Assembly (NCBI GenBank): GCA_964621195.1
Contig: CAZULJ010000001.1
Span: 33,200 to 97,199, forward strand
DNA: 64,000 nt
Direction of reading: 5' to 3'
Source of the DNA: an uncultured Candidatus Saccharibacteria bacterium
Lineage (GTDB): Bacteria; Patescibacteriota; Dojkabacteria; SC72
Numbering within the stretch: the stretch's first letter is position 1; each line of letters begins with the position of its first letter. Below are positions 19,330-29,613 of this stretch, piece by piece. Both the position numbers and the translations under genes were made by a program. A model generated the notes under the pieces. The model did not search any database, was not told where the DNA came from, and saw only the letters and a program-made list of their open reading frames with translations.

Positions 19330-20988
19330 ATGTCTAAATACATTTTTGTATCAGGGGGAGTAATTTCTGGTATAGGAAAAGGAATCTCCGCAGCCTCTAT
19401 AGCTTTCATTTTAAAGTCATATGGTTACAAAATAACCATGATAAAAGCTGATCCATATTTAAATGTGGATGCGGGGACTATGAATCCACTTGAACATGGA
19501 GAGACATTTGTACTAGAAGACGGCTTTGAAACAGATATGGATATAGGTACATATGAGAGATTTGTAAATGAGTCTTTTGCTAGACCGAATTCTATGACAT
19601 GTGGTGCTATTCTAGAGAAAGTAATTAAGGATGAAAGATCTCTTGCATATGAAGGTAAATGGGTAAGTCTAGATTACCATGTACCAGATGAAATTATTAC
19701 ATGGATAAAGGGGGTAACTACCCAAAGTGGCGCAGATATAACTATTGTTGAGATTGGAGGTACTGTAGGAGAGGTAGGTAATGCCCTATTCCTTGAGGCG
19801 AACAAGATTATGAAAATTCAAAATCCCCAAGATGTTGTACATGTACACGTTTCATATCTTCCAGTTCCTGGTACTCTTGGTGAAATGAAGAGTAAACCTG
19901 TACAGATATCTACCCAACTACTTAATGCTCACGGTTTACATCCCGATTTTTTGATTGCTAGATCAAAGCTTGGTCTTGATGATGTTAGAAAAGAAAAGCT
20001 CTCCCGTTATTGCTATGTCCCAACCGCTCACATAATCTCTGCAAATGATGTTGACTATATATATGATGTCCCAGAGAACTTTGAGAGTGCAAATTTAGGA
20101 AAGAATCTTTTAAAAGCTCTTTCATTGAAACCAAGAAAAACAGCTCTAATGAAGGAGTGGAAAAGGAAAACACGTAAGATGAGATCTTTGAAGAAAGAAA
20201 TCAATATTGGAATTGTTGGAAAATATTTCAAGAGTGGTAAATTCGATTTAAAGGATTCATATGTGTCTGTACTAGAGGCAATTAATCATGCGAGTTGGGA
20301 AAAAGGTGTTAAAGCGAATATTCATTGGATTGTTGCAGATGATTTTAATACTGATAAACAGTTGCAAGATGAATTGCTTAGTATGGATGGCCTTATCGTT
20401 CCTCAGGGATGGGGCAGTAGAGGGGCTCAGGGTAAGATAAGGGCAATACAGATTGCAAGGGAGAACAAAATTCCATATCTAGGTCTTTGCTACGGTATGC
20501 AGATGGCCGTTATTGAATTTGCTAGAAATGTTCTAGGCTTAGAAGATGCTAATTCTGAAGAAGTGGATCCAAAAAGTAAAAACCTGGTTATACATCTAAT
20601 GGAGGAACAGAAAAAAATACTCAAAGATGGAAAATTTGGGGGAACAATTAGATTAGGTTCTTGGCCATGTAAAATTTTAAAGGGCAGTTTACTTGATTCT
20701 TTGTACAAAGAATACAAAAATGATCTCTTTAAGAAATTACCAACTGTTTTAGAAAGACATAGACATAGATACGAATTTAACAATGAGTATAGAGAGCAAT
20801 TTGAAAGGGCTGGTTTGATTCTGTCCGGTAAAAGTCCAAATGGTAAGCTTGTTGAAGCGATAGAGATCGATAGAAGAGTTCATCCATTCTTTGTAGCTAC
20901 ACAGTATCATCCGGAACTTAAAACAAGATTCCTTTCACCTCATCCAATATTTCTTGGCTTTGTTGAGGCTTGTTTGAACAAAAAGTAG
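19330..20988 (+). CDS. pyrG: CTP synthase
   Basis: KYIFVSGGVISGIGKG, DPYLNVDAGTMNP, GLCYGMQ, RHRHRYE, QYHPE. Confidence 0.98.
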   Translation: MSKYIFVSGGVISGIGKGISAASIAFILKSYGYKITMIKADPYLNVDAGTMNPLEHGETFVLEDGFETDMDIGTYERFVNESFARPNSMTCGAILEKVIKDERSLAYEGKWVSLDYHVPDEIITWIKGVTTQSGADITIVEIGGTVGEVGNALFLEANKIMKIQNPQDVVHVHVSYLPVPGTLGEMKSKPVQISTQLLNAHGLHPDFLIARSKLGLDDVRKEKLSRYCYVPTAHIISANDVDYIYDVPENFESANLGKNLLKALSLKPRKTALMKEWKRKTRKMRSLKKEINIGIVGKYFKSGKFDLKDSYVSVLEAINHASWEKGVKANIHWIVADDFNTDKQLQDELLSMDGLIVPQGWGSRGAQGKIRAIQIARENKIPYLGLCYGMQMAVIEFARNVLGLEDANSEEVDPKSKNLVIHLMEEQKKILKDGKFGGTIRLGSWPCKILKGSLLDSLYKEYKNDLFKKLPTVLERHRHRYEFNNEYREQFERAGLILSGKSPNGKLVEAIEIDRRVHPFFVATQYHPELKTRFLSPHPIFLGFVEACLNKK

Positions 20989-21026
20989 TAAAATTGTTTA
21001 ACTACTTTAACTTGTGAAAAATAGAT

Positions 21027-22589
21027 ATGACTGATTACAAAGATATTGGATCATATACAATCTTAGGTATTGGAGGTAAGGGTGCCTACTACGTTGCAAA
21101 ATATCTTCTCCTGAAGGGTTGTGAAATTAAGGGGTATGATCTTCGTAAGTCAGAAAAAACGGATGAACTGGAATCTTTGGGAATTGATATTGTGTATGAG
21201 AATCCAAAAAATGGTGAAAGATTTGATACCGATGGATATATATATTCAAATGATTTACCTCAGAGATTACAAAGTGAGATCTTTGCAGCAAATAATAATG
21301 TGCCAAAGTTTGAGGTTGGTGAGATATATCATATGATTTTGGATGATTATGAATCTCAAAAGCTTTCTGATGTTGAAATTAAAGCTTTTAAAGACTCGAA
21401 TATAGCCCCCTTGTATCAAATAGATTATTCCAAAATGAAATATATTGCTGTTACTGGTACTGATGGAAAAACGACTACCTGTACCATGATATATCATTTA
21501 CTTAAAGAACATGGCTTTAAACCAGCATTGATCACTACAGTATCTGCAAAAATAGGGAATGAGAATATTGATACTGGTTTTCATACTACAACCCCTACTT
21601 CACAGGAGCTATATTCACTTCTACAGAAAGCTGAAAAGTCTAATTGCACTCATATGATTCTTGAAACAACCTCTCACGGTCTCTCACAGGGTCGTATAAT
21701 GGGATTAAAGTTCGATGCGATAGCGTATACAAATATTACAGAGGAACACTTAGACTATCACAAAAGTTGGGTAAACTTAGTAAAAGCAAAATCTTTACTC
21801 CTAACCAGGCATACAAAACGAAATTGTATTGTCGCATTAAATATCGATGACTCAAGATCGTATGATTATCTATCTCCTTTGCATTCTCATTTTACCTACT
21901 CTCAGTTAGAAAAGGCAGACCTATATGCTTCAGAGATCAGGGAATCTGATGAGGGAATATATTTTAACGTAGATAGCGAAGATATCTTTCTTCCAATCTT
22001 GGGTAAATACAACATATCAAATTTCTTAGCAGCTTCAATAGTTGTTAAAAATCTTGAAAATATGTCTATGGAAGATATTGGTAAATATATTTCTTCATTC
22101 AAAACAATTACGGGTAGGATGGAAGTTATACAAAAAGATCCGTTTTTTGTAATTGTAGATTATGCTCATACTCCCAATGCTTTAGAGAATGCACTTAAAT
22201 CTGCCAAAGAGATGACCAAGGGTAGATTGATACATGTTTTTGGATGTGCTGGGCATAGGGACTACTTTAAAAGGCCACAGATGGGTAGAATTTCTGGAGA
22301 GATTGCCGATATTACAATATTAACTGCAGAGGATCCTCGATTAGAGTCTTTGAAAGATATTAATGATGAGATAGCCAAGGGTTACAAAGGTAAGGAGTTG
22401 ATTAGGTTTGATGATGAGAGTATGAATGTAAAAAACAGAAGAGATGCAATAAGTAGAGCAATACAGATTGCGAATGAGGGTGATACTGTAATAATTACAG
22501 GTAAAGCTCATGAATCCTCACTATGTTTTGGTCAAACAGAGTATATTTGGAATGATATAGAGGAAGTGAAGAAACTTCTTAACGTTTAA
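21027..22589 (+). CDS. murE: MurE-type Mur ligase with MurC/MurD-like Rossmann N-terminal domain
   Basis: VTGTDGKTTT, TTP, ETTSHGLSQGR, TNITEEHLDYH, DYAHTP, FGCAG.RD..KR..MG, EDPR, GKAHE; N-terminus LGIGGKG...G.EIKGYD. Confidence 0.8.
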   Translation: MTDYKDIGSYTILGIGGKGAYYVAKYLLLKGCEIKGYDLRKSEKTDELESLGIDIVYENPKNGERFDTDGYIYSNDLPQRLQSEIFAANNNVPKFEVGEIYHMILDDYESQKLSDVEIKAFKDSNIAPLYQIDYSKMKYIAVTGTDGKTTTCTMIYHLLKEHGFKPALITTVSAKIGNENIDTGFHTTTPTSQELYSLLQKAEKSNCTHMILETTSHGLSQGRIMGLKFDAIAYTNITEEHLDYHKSWVNLVKAKSLLLTRHTKRNCIVALNIDDSRSYDYLSPLHSHFTYSQLEKADLYASEIRESDEGIYFNVDSEDIFLPILGKYNISNFLAASIVVKNLENMSMEDIGKYISSFKTITGRMEVIQKDPFFVIVDYAHTPNALENALKSAKEMTKGRLIHVFGCAGHRDYFKRPQMGRISGEIADITILTAEDPRLESLKDINDEIAKGYKGKELIRFDDESMNVKNRRDAISRAIQIANEGDTVIITGKAHESSLCFGQTEYIWNDIEEVKKLLNV

Positions 22590-24687
22590 TAAATATCTTA
22601 ATATCTACAAGAACGGCTCTCTCCTCTGTTAGTATTACTGGGTTTATATCCATCGTGTATATCTCTGGATATGTAACTAATATTCCTTGTATCTTGTCTA
22701 TTGTTTCAATTAAGGATTGTTTTGCTAATGGTGCTTTTCCTCTAAATCCATTTATAACTTTGTATATATTAGTTCTTTCTAATGCCTCTGTAATATTTTT
22801 TATACTTTCTGGAACTAAGAATTTTTCTATATCTTTATATACCTCAGTATATATACCCCCTTGACCTATTGCCATTAGATGCCCAAATCCCAAACCCTCT
22901 GGTTCGTAAATATCTATATCTCCCTCTCTGTTTGCTCCTATGAAGAACTCGGCTTTTGGTTCAATCATTTCCTGTATAAGTATTTCTGGAGTTGTTTTAC
23001 CTGTTACCTTCTCAATATTTGAAGTTAATTCTTCAAACTTTGCTTGTAGCTCAGATATGGTCCTAATATCAAGGAAGAGTCCTTTAAAATCTGTCTTGTG
23101 AGCCAGATCTTTCGCTGTTGCTTTAATAGCTACTGGAAAGTTCTTCGCTGCAAACTCGATTGCCTCGTCGATACTTGCTGTAATTAGTTGATTAGGAATA
23201 TCTAGGGCAAACTCTTTAGCAATTTCCATTGTAATATTATCAGGTAGAACCTCTAACTCATCTGTAATTATTTCTTCAATATCTTTTTTAAACTTCGCCT
23301 TCCCTTTAAGTGTAGACACATCTCTAGAGGTATATGTATTTTCATTTATGACATAGTTTGTTAACTTGCTTACTAGTTTTACTGTGTCCTCTATATCATT
23401 TGAGTAATAAAGGCCGTATGCACCAAGGATACTATTACCATCTTGAATCTCTTTTCCGCCTAAGAAGCATGAAAATATGGGTTTGGATGTTTGTTTTTGT
23501 ATGTTTGCAATTAATTTTGCAACTCCAGTAATATCTGTAACTAATTGAGGAGTAAGTATGACAAGCAAGGAATCTACATTTATGTCATCTAGAACAATAT
23601 TTATAGCTTTCTCATATCTATCTAAGAGGGCATCGCCAAGTATATCGACAGGGTTGTTTACGTTTGCAAACACAGGCAACTCTTTTCGTAGTTTCTCCTT
23701 GGTTTTATCTCCAATATTAGCAACATTAAGACCAAAGCTTTCTACAAAGTCGGTAGCCATTATTCCAGGCCCTCCTGCATTTGTAACAATACCTACATTT
23801 TTTCCTTTCGGTAGTTTCTTGCCTGAAAGCACTTTTAGCGTATCAAAGAGCTCTTCTGAGCTTTCTACTTTTATTAAATTTGCTTTCTTTATTGCAGCTA
23901 GTGTTATGTCATATGATTTTGCTAAAGAGCCTGTATGGGAAGATATAGCCTCCGTGCCTTTTTGTGAACTTCCTGGGGCAATTATAACGATTGGTTTATC
24001 AACCTTCTTTGCGATTTCTACAAAGTCTTTACCATCGTCAAATTCCTCAAGATATATTGCTATTGATTCTGTATATTTATCCTTTTGTAGGAACTCTACT
24101 AATTCATTCTCATTTATATCTGCCTTATTACCAATGGAGATTATCTTCGAGAATCCGATATTATCTCTACATGCCATATCCATTATTGCTGTAGCAAAAG
24201 CTCCTGATTGAGATATGAATGCGGTAGTCCCATCTCCTGGATTAGCTCTTGCAAAAGAGAGGTTAATGTTTGAATTATTATTAATATATCCAAGACTATT
24301 AGGACCGATTAATCTTATTCCTGCATTTTTAAGTTTAGTAGCAATCTCCTCTTCAAGAGCTTTACCTTCTTTCCCTGTTTCTTTGAAGCCAGCAGAGATT
24401 ATCAATACAGTAGATACAGATTTCGCAATACAATCATCTACAACGGCAGATACAAATTGAGATGGTACAACTATGCATACCATTTCTACGGATTCTTTTA
24501 TTGATGTAAGCTCTGGAAAGCATTGTTTTCCTTCGATTTCTTTATACTTAGGATTTACAGTAAAGACTTTTCCATTGTAGCCACCCTCTAGCAAGTTTCT
24601 AAGTATTACATTGCCTATTTTATTTTTATCTTGTGAAGCTCCTACAATGGCAATACTTTTAGGAGAAAGGATGTTTTCTTTTATCAT
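22579..24687 (-). CDS. acetate--CoA ligase (ADP-forming), fused alpha/beta
   Basis: PKSIAIVGAS CoA-binding domain, GPNSLG, SQSGA, SHTGSLA phospho-His, NPVDILGDA, ATP-grasp C-terminus (HKTD, DINP). Confidence 0.93.
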   Translation of the reverse strand: MIKENILSPKSIAIVGASQDKNKIGNVILRNLLEGGYNGKVFTVNPKYKEIEGKQCFPELTSIKESVEMVCIVVPSQFVSAVVDDCIAKSVSTVLIISAGFKETGKEGKALEEEIATKLKNAGIRLIGPNSLGYINNNSNINLSFARANPGDGTTAFISQSGAFATAIMDMACRDNIGFSKIISIGNKADINENELVEFLQKDKYTESIAIYLEEFDDGKDFVEIAKKVDKPIVIIAPGSSQKGTEAISSHTGSLAKSYDITLAAIKKANLIKVESSEELFDTLKVLSGKKLPKGKNVGIVTNAGGPGIMATDFVESFGLNVANIGDKTKEKLRKELPVFANVNNPVDILGDALLDRYEKAINIVLDDINVDSLLVILTPQLVTDITGVAKLIANIQKQTSKPIFSCFLGGKEIQDGNSILGAYGLYYSNDIEDTVKLVSKLTNYVINENTYTSRDVSTLKGKAKFKKDIEEIITDELEVLPDNITMEIAKEFALDIPNQLITASIDEAIEFAAKNFPVAIKATAKDLAHKTDFKGLFLDIRTISELQAKFEELTSNIEKVTGKTTPEILIQEMIEPKAEFFIGANREGDIDIYEPEGLGFGHLMAIGQGGIYTEVYKDIEKFLVPESIKNITEALERTNIYKVINGFRGKAPLAKQSLIETIDKIQGILVTYPEIYTMDINPVILTEERAVLVDIKIFIKR

Positions 24688-24688
24688 T

Positions 24689-25540
24689 CTATTCGAATCT
24701 TGATAATATATTTTTTATCTCATGACTTCTTACTTCGTCTACCAGTTCTGTTTTGTATTTCTTTCTGTTTTCCAAATTACTGTAGAAGTCTTGTCTTCCA
24801 ATATTTTTGTATATGATACCTGTATAGATGTTTTCTGGATCCTTAACACACTTTACTGCATCACTAATTGTGCCTTTAGGTTCTGTTACCTTAATTCTTT
24901 CTTTAAACCACTCTGGTGAACATTCCGGATTGTATGTAGGGCAAAGCTGCATCACTTCTATTACACTAAACCCCTTGTGCTTTATACCCTCTTTAAATAG
25001 TTCTGATAGCTGTCGGAGCTCTCCTGAGTATCCTCTTGCAAAGAATGTTGGATTTAAGCTTAATACAAGCTCTCCTATGTTAATATCTCCTTCAGGTTTG
25101 CCATCGGGTAGTGCATACATTCTCTTGCCCTGTTTTGATGTTGATGTAGCTTGGCCCGTTGTAAGAGCAAAATTCTGATTGTTATGAATAACTACGGTAA
25201 TGTCATAGTTGGATCGTATACCATGTATTAAATGATCTATACCCTCGTGCAAACAGCCTCCATCCCCTATATCTGCAATTACAGTCATCTTTCTGTTTGC
25301 TAGGTGTGCACCAACGGCTAATGGTATTGATCTTCCATGTAATCCTTTAAACCTAAAGCCTTCGATATCATCTACACCATTACCGTTGCATCCTATATCA
25401 AAGGTAATTACTACTTCACTAGGAGATTTTTTTAGATCAACAAGGGCCTGTTTAAGAGCCATATGTATGGTGAAGTTACCACAGCCAGGACACCATGTAT
25501 TTTTTATATTTGTATTGTAATCTTCAATACTTATTGACAT
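24689..25540 (-). CDS. 2-oxoacid:ferredoxin oxidoreductase beta subunit
   Basis: WCPGCGN, DIGC, LHGR, GDGG...NN TPP motif, CPTYN. Confidence 0.95.
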   Translation of the reverse strand: MSISIEDYNTNIKNTWCPGCGNFTIHMALKQALVDLKKSPSEVVITFDIGCNGNGVDDIEGFRFKGLHGRSIPLAVGAHLANRKMTVIADIGDGGCLHEGIDHLIHGIRSNYDITVVIHNNQNFALTTGQATSTSKQGKRMYALPDGKPEGDINIGELVLSLNPTFFARGYSGELRQLSELFKEGIKHKGFSVIEVMQLCPTYNPECSPEWFKERIKVTEPKGTISDAVKCVKDPENIYTGIIYKNIGRQDFYSNLENRKKYKTELVDEVRSHEIKNILSRFE

Positions 25541-25541
25541 A

Positions 25542-27242
25542 TTACTGTTCCAAAAAATCTAAAATATCCTCTACAAAAAATGGTCTAGCATCAAACTTAA
25601 GAAGTTTTTCAGGAAATTCAAAGTTACACTCCCTTTTGATTAACTTCCCTAACTCTCCAGTTTGATTGTTTTCAATCAGTACGACTCTGCTACCATCCTC
25701 GTACATCTCTAATATCTTTTCAAACTTTAATGGGTATATGTATTGGTAATGTAGATATCCAATCTTTTTCTCAGATTGAGTTATTGCATCTAGTACTGCA
25801 TTCTTTGTTGTTCCCATTCCTACAAATACTATGTCTGGATCTTTTGATCCAAAATATTTGGGCTCTGGGAGATCTTTTCTTAGAGTATTGATTTTCCTTA
25901 ATCTTTTTTCAGACATCTCTACAATATTTTCAATTTCTTCGGTGCTAATACCCTCCTGGTTATGCTCATCGCTATTTATAATATATGTTTGACTACCTTT
26001 TTGAGGAAGCCATCTTGGGGATATTCCACTGCTAGTAATTTCATACCTGTATTTTCCCTTGTTTAGTCCTCTTTCAATTTTTAGAGGCTTAGGGAGATCT
26101 TTAATATTAAACAGGGATTCGGCGTTCTGTTTCTCTGTTAAAAGTATTACAGGAAGTTGATATTTCTCGGCAATATTAAAAGAACTTTGTATTAATTCGT
26201 AGCTATCTTTCGCATCACTAGTAGATATTACACACCTTGGAAACTCTCCATGCCCAGCACCAATGGAAACTCCTAAATCTCCAGCTCCAGTCCAAGTAGG
26301 AACTCCAGTGCCTGGACCAGATCTTTGTCCTAGGACTATTACTAAAGGTGTTTCTGTCATACCGGCACATGAAAGTGTTTCTGTCATTAGATCAAAACCT
26401 CCTCCTGATGTTGCTGTAAAAGCCCTTGTTCCCATATACATGCTTCCCATAGCTAATTGAACTGCGGTAATTTCACTTTCTGCTTGCTTAACTAGTAAAC
26501 CTGTTTCTTTGTATGTATCCCCTAACACCTCTAATATTGCAGTAGAAGGAGTCATTGGATATGCATAGTATGCCCTACAACCAGAAGAGATTGCGCCCAA
26601 TGCTATGGCTTCATTCCCTGTAAGTATTTTGGATTTGTTCCAAAAAGGAATCTTTTTTACAGGCATATCTTTTAATTCATATTTCTGAGGTTTCTGGTAT
26701 GTAAAACCAGCCCTTAAGCATCTAAACTCTGCATCCATATCAATATTTTTACCTTGGAATTTCTTCTTAAGGATATTTTCTAATACTTTTATATCTAGAT
26801 TTAATATCTCCCATATATATCCAAGCATAACTACATTGGCCATGATCTTTGGTGCCTTGTTATCCTCTGCAATAGCAACTGTATCTAAAAAGATTACTTC
26901 AATATCGTTTTCAGAAATATATTCATCCTCTTCTTTTGTAAACTCAAACTCTTTTACAGAGTGAAGGATAAGGCCGTTTCTGTTAACTGATTGAATATAT
27001 TTGTGTAGTGCCTCAGGTGCCAAAGAAGCTAAGATATTAGTATATCTTGAGGAAGAGTTTACTTCGCTATCTGAGAAATCTATTTGATATGATGCATATC
27101 CACCCTTAATTATTGATGGATACTCCCTATATGCAAATGTAAAGAAACCTGAGTTTTTTATACCTTTCGAAAGAATCTCACCAAGAGTATTAATGCCTTG
27201 TCCTGATTGGCCACCAAATTTCAAAGAGAATCTGTTTTTCAT
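25542..27242 (-). CDS. 2-oxoacid:ferredoxin oxidoreductase alpha subunit (gamma-alpha fusion)
   Basis: GGQSGQG, YPMTPST, QAESEI, ATSGGGF, QRSGPGTG; start at MKNRFS (27242). Confidence 0.95.
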   Translation of the reverse strand: MKNRFSLKFGGQSGQGINTLGEILSKGIKNSGFFTFAYREYPSIIKGGYASYQIDFSDSEVNSSSRYTNILASLAPEALHKYIQSVNRNGLILHSVKEFEFTKEEDEYISENDIEVIFLDTVAIAEDNKAPKIMANVVMLGYIWEILNLDIKVLENILKKKFQGKNIDMDAEFRCLRAGFTYQKPQKYELKDMPVKKIPFWNKSKILTGNEAIALGAISSGCRAYYAYPMTPSTAILEVLGDTYKETGLLVKQAESEITAVQLAMGSMYMGTRAFTATSGGGFDLMTETLSCAGMTETPLVIVLGQRSGPGTGVPTWTGAGDLGVSIGAGHGEFPRCVISTSDAKDSYELIQSSFNIAEKYQLPVILLTEKQNAESLFNIKDLPKPLKIERGLNKGKYRYEITSSGISPRWLPQKGSQTYIINSDEHNQEGISTEEIENIVEMSEKRLRKINTLRKDLPEPKYFGSKDPDIVFVGMGTTKNAVLDAITQSEKKIGYLHYQYIYPLKFEKILEMYEDGSRVVLIENNQTGELGKLIKRECNFEFPEKLLKFDARPFFVEDILDFLEQ

Positions 27243-27338
27243 CTGTATATACAACAAATTAGGAGCAGTAATATATCCAGAGTAACATTCTGGAAATATA
27301 TTGTCAAAAGGTTACAAAAGTCCCTATTCTAATGTAGA

Positions 27339-28301
27339 ATGTTTGCTATGAAAGATTTTGCAAGAGTAAAGATACAATCAGGGAATGGAGGAGAAGGCTT
27401 AATTGCATTTGATAGTGCAAGAAAGGCTGATGGTGGTAGTGGAGGTAAGGGAGGAGATGTATATATTGAAGGTAGTAGTAATATCTTTGACCTATCACAT
27501 CTGGAAAAGACTACATCTCTTCGTGCACAGGATGGTAACAGAGGAGAGAAAAACAAAAGAACCGGAAAAGATGGAAGTGATTTAATTGTATATGTTCCTC
27601 TTGTAACAAAGGTTCTTAATGCCGATGGAACAGAGATATTCAAAATATCAAAGGTAGGAGAGAGAGTTAAGGTATTAAGTGGTGGAGTTGGTGGTATTGG
27701 TAATTTTGCACTTAGAGGTGAGGGTTGGGATGGGAAACTTTCAAGAAAAAGGGCTGAGAAGGGAGAAAGTATTCAACTTTCTTTTGAATTAAACTTGAGG
27801 GCAGATGCTATCTTCTTGGGGTTTCCGAATGCAGGTAAATCTAGTTTGATAAATGCTCTCACAAATGCAAAGTACAAGGTTGCATCATATGAATTCACTA
27901 CATTAGATCCTCAGTTAGCTGTTATGAAAAGATTTGTATTAATGGATTTGCCGGGTTTAATCGAAGGGGCATATTTGGGTAAAGGTTTAGGAACTGAGTT
28001 TTTGAAACATACAAAATACTCTAAACTTCTAGTGCATTGTATTAGCTTAGAAAATGAGAATATATTGGATAGCTACAAAAAGATGAGAGAGGAGTTCTCT
28101 AAAATATCTAAAGACTTGGATCTTCTTCCCGAGTTTGTAGTATTCACAAAGGCTGACATATTATCCCTTGAGGACTTAGAGAAGAAACAGAAGGAGATTG
28201 AAAAGTCTTTCAAGGATTTTATAATAGTGTCGGTGTTCAGAGAGGAAGATGTCTTGAAATTAAGAACCTCCTTAGAACAGAGATTGAGTTCTACTTCTTA
28301 A
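27339..28301 (+). CDS. obgE: Obg/CgtA GTPase, short form without C-terminal extension
   Basis: Gly-rich Obg fold (SGNGGEG, DGGSGGKGGDV), GFPNAGKS, YEFTTL.P, DLPGLIEGA..GKGLG..FL.H. Confidence 0.92.
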   Translation: MFAMKDFARVKIQSGNGGEGLIAFDSARKADGGSGGKGGDVYIEGSSNIFDLSHLEKTTSLRAQDGNRGEKNKRTGKDGSDLIVYVPLVTKVLNADGTEIFKISKVGERVKVLSGGVGGIGNFALRGEGWDGKLSRKRAEKGESIQLSFELNLRADAIFLGFPNAGKSSLINALTNAKYKVASYEFTTLDPQLAVMKRFVLMDLPGLIEGAYLGKGLGTEFLKHTKYSKLLVHCISLENENILDSYKKMREEFSKISKDLDLLPEFVVFTKADILSLEDLEKKQKEIEKSFKDFIIVSVFREEDVLKLRTSLEQRLSSTS

Positions 28302-29051
28302 TCCTTGGTCAAGCGCTCTTTTTGCATTCCATTGTAAATCTGGCTTGTCACTCATACTATCTACCAACCACTCCAAATACTCCCTGTCTGTTCTCTCTAT
28401 TTCCTCGAATGTTTTACCCATATATTTCCCAAAAGACATCTCTCTCATTATCTGTGGTTGTTTAGTTATCAATTGCATATTCTCAATACTTAACTTTGTG
28501 TTGTCTTTAAGGTAGTTGAATAGGTCTCTAAGGAAGTAAACATCACTTAAGGCATCATGAGCAGTCATATGCCCCTTATCTTCTGTTTTGTATAGTCCAA
28601 GATAGTATCTGAGATATTGAAGTTTGTAGCTTTCTAAATCCTTGCCATCTTGTGTTGTAAGGGCATTTCTTGCTACTTTTAATGTACATATTGGGTCTTC
28701 AATGTGTATTCCCTTTTTCTCAAGAACTTCTACATCAAAATCGGAATTATGGGCAACAAAGACGTATTTCTTTGCAAGGAATTCTAAATATTCTTTTAAT
28801 GAAGTACCCGTGAATTCAGGATCTTTCCCATCCTCTGGAACTAAAGCATCTTCAAAGTATTCCCTATCTTCTACATCTTCTGGAGTAATATTATGAATTG
28901 CCATTGATCCAAATGTTATCTCTTGTCTTGGTTTTACAAAAGAATTTAACCATATGTTAGGGTCATCTGTAACAAAAGCCACTTGTAAAAGGTCTTTGCT
29001 TTGTACGTCTGTTGTTTCTGTATCTATATACAGGAGGAGTTTGTTTGACAT
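28272..29051 (-). CDS. DEDDh 3'-5' exonuclease, exonuclease X-like with C-terminal DUF3820-like FGKY domain
   Basis: IDTETT, VAHNSDFD, AHDALSDV, MSFGKYMGKTFEEI...YLEWL; start at MSNKLL. Confidence 0.88.
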   Translation of the reverse strand: MSNKLLLYIDTETTDVQSKDLLQVAFVTDDPNIWLNSFVKPRQEITFGSMAIHNITPEDVEDREYFEDALVPEDGKDPEFTGTSLKEYLEFLAKKYVFVAHNSDFDVEVLEKKGIHIEDPICTLKVARNALTTQDGKDLESYKLQYLRYYLGLYKTEDKGHMTAHDALSDVYFLRDLFNYLKDNTKLSIENMQLITKQPQIMREMSFGKYMGKTFEEIERTDREYLEWLVDSMSDKPDLQWNAKRALDQGLRSRTQSLF

Positions 29052-29055
29052 ATAT

Positions 29056-29487
29056 TTAATATTCCTCCGATCTGTGAGCATTTTGGTTTATTTTTATAAC
29101 CAAATTAAGAAACTGTTTTTGCTCTTCCTTTGTTAAGGACTTAAAGACCCAGTCATATCTTTTAACAGTTTTGTCTACAAGAGCATCTACCTCTTTGTCT
29201 GCCATTTTTGTTAAGGTAATATTTATTACTCTTCTATCATTGCCGTCATCACATCTTTCCAACCAACCGTTAGAAACTAATTTATCTATCTGTGCGGTTA
29301 TTGTTGCAGGTGTTACATTAAACTGCTTTGCGAGATCACTAGATTTAACACACCCTTTGTCTTTGATAAAGACAAGGGTCCGAAGCTGAAGGGGAGATAG
29401 CTCACCTTTTTTGTATGAGCGTAACTCTATATTTTTGATAAAATCGAGGGTGTTTTGGATAATTTGTTTCTCGAGTGGCACAATCAT
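29056..29487 (-). CDS. MarR family transcriptional regulator
   Basis: LSPLQLRTL, wHTH DLAKQFNVTPATITAQIDKLVSNGWLER, DRRVINITLT. Confidence 0.93.
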   Translation of the reverse strand: MIVPLEKQIIQNTLDFIKNIELRSYKKGELSPLQLRTLVFIKDKGCVKSSDLAKQFNVTPATITAQIDKLVSNGWLERCDDGNDRRVINITLTKMADKEVDALVDKTVKRYDWVFKSLTKEEQKQFLNLVIKINQNAHRSEEY

Positions 29488-29500
29488 TACTCTAAAAATT

Positions 29501-29531
29501 TATTGTTGAACATCATTGTAACACAACAATA
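29501..29531. promoter_or_regulatory. inverted repeat, candidate MarR operator
   Basis: TATTGTTG-N15-CAACAATA, 13 bp upstream of the marR start. Confidence 0.4.
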
Positions 29532-29613
29532 TTTGATAGACAAATTAAAAAAGTTGTAGCATTTTAGTTATACTGGTATATTCAAAAAGATATAAATTAA
29601 AAGTTCTAAATCA

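Noticed and set aside
23558-24211. 217-aa antisense ORF and similar shadow ORFs (e.g. 1858, 9599, 17125, 36724, 56776)
   Set aside because: They lie opposite well-supported genes and have Ser/Ile/Phe-rich antisense-type composition with no motifs.
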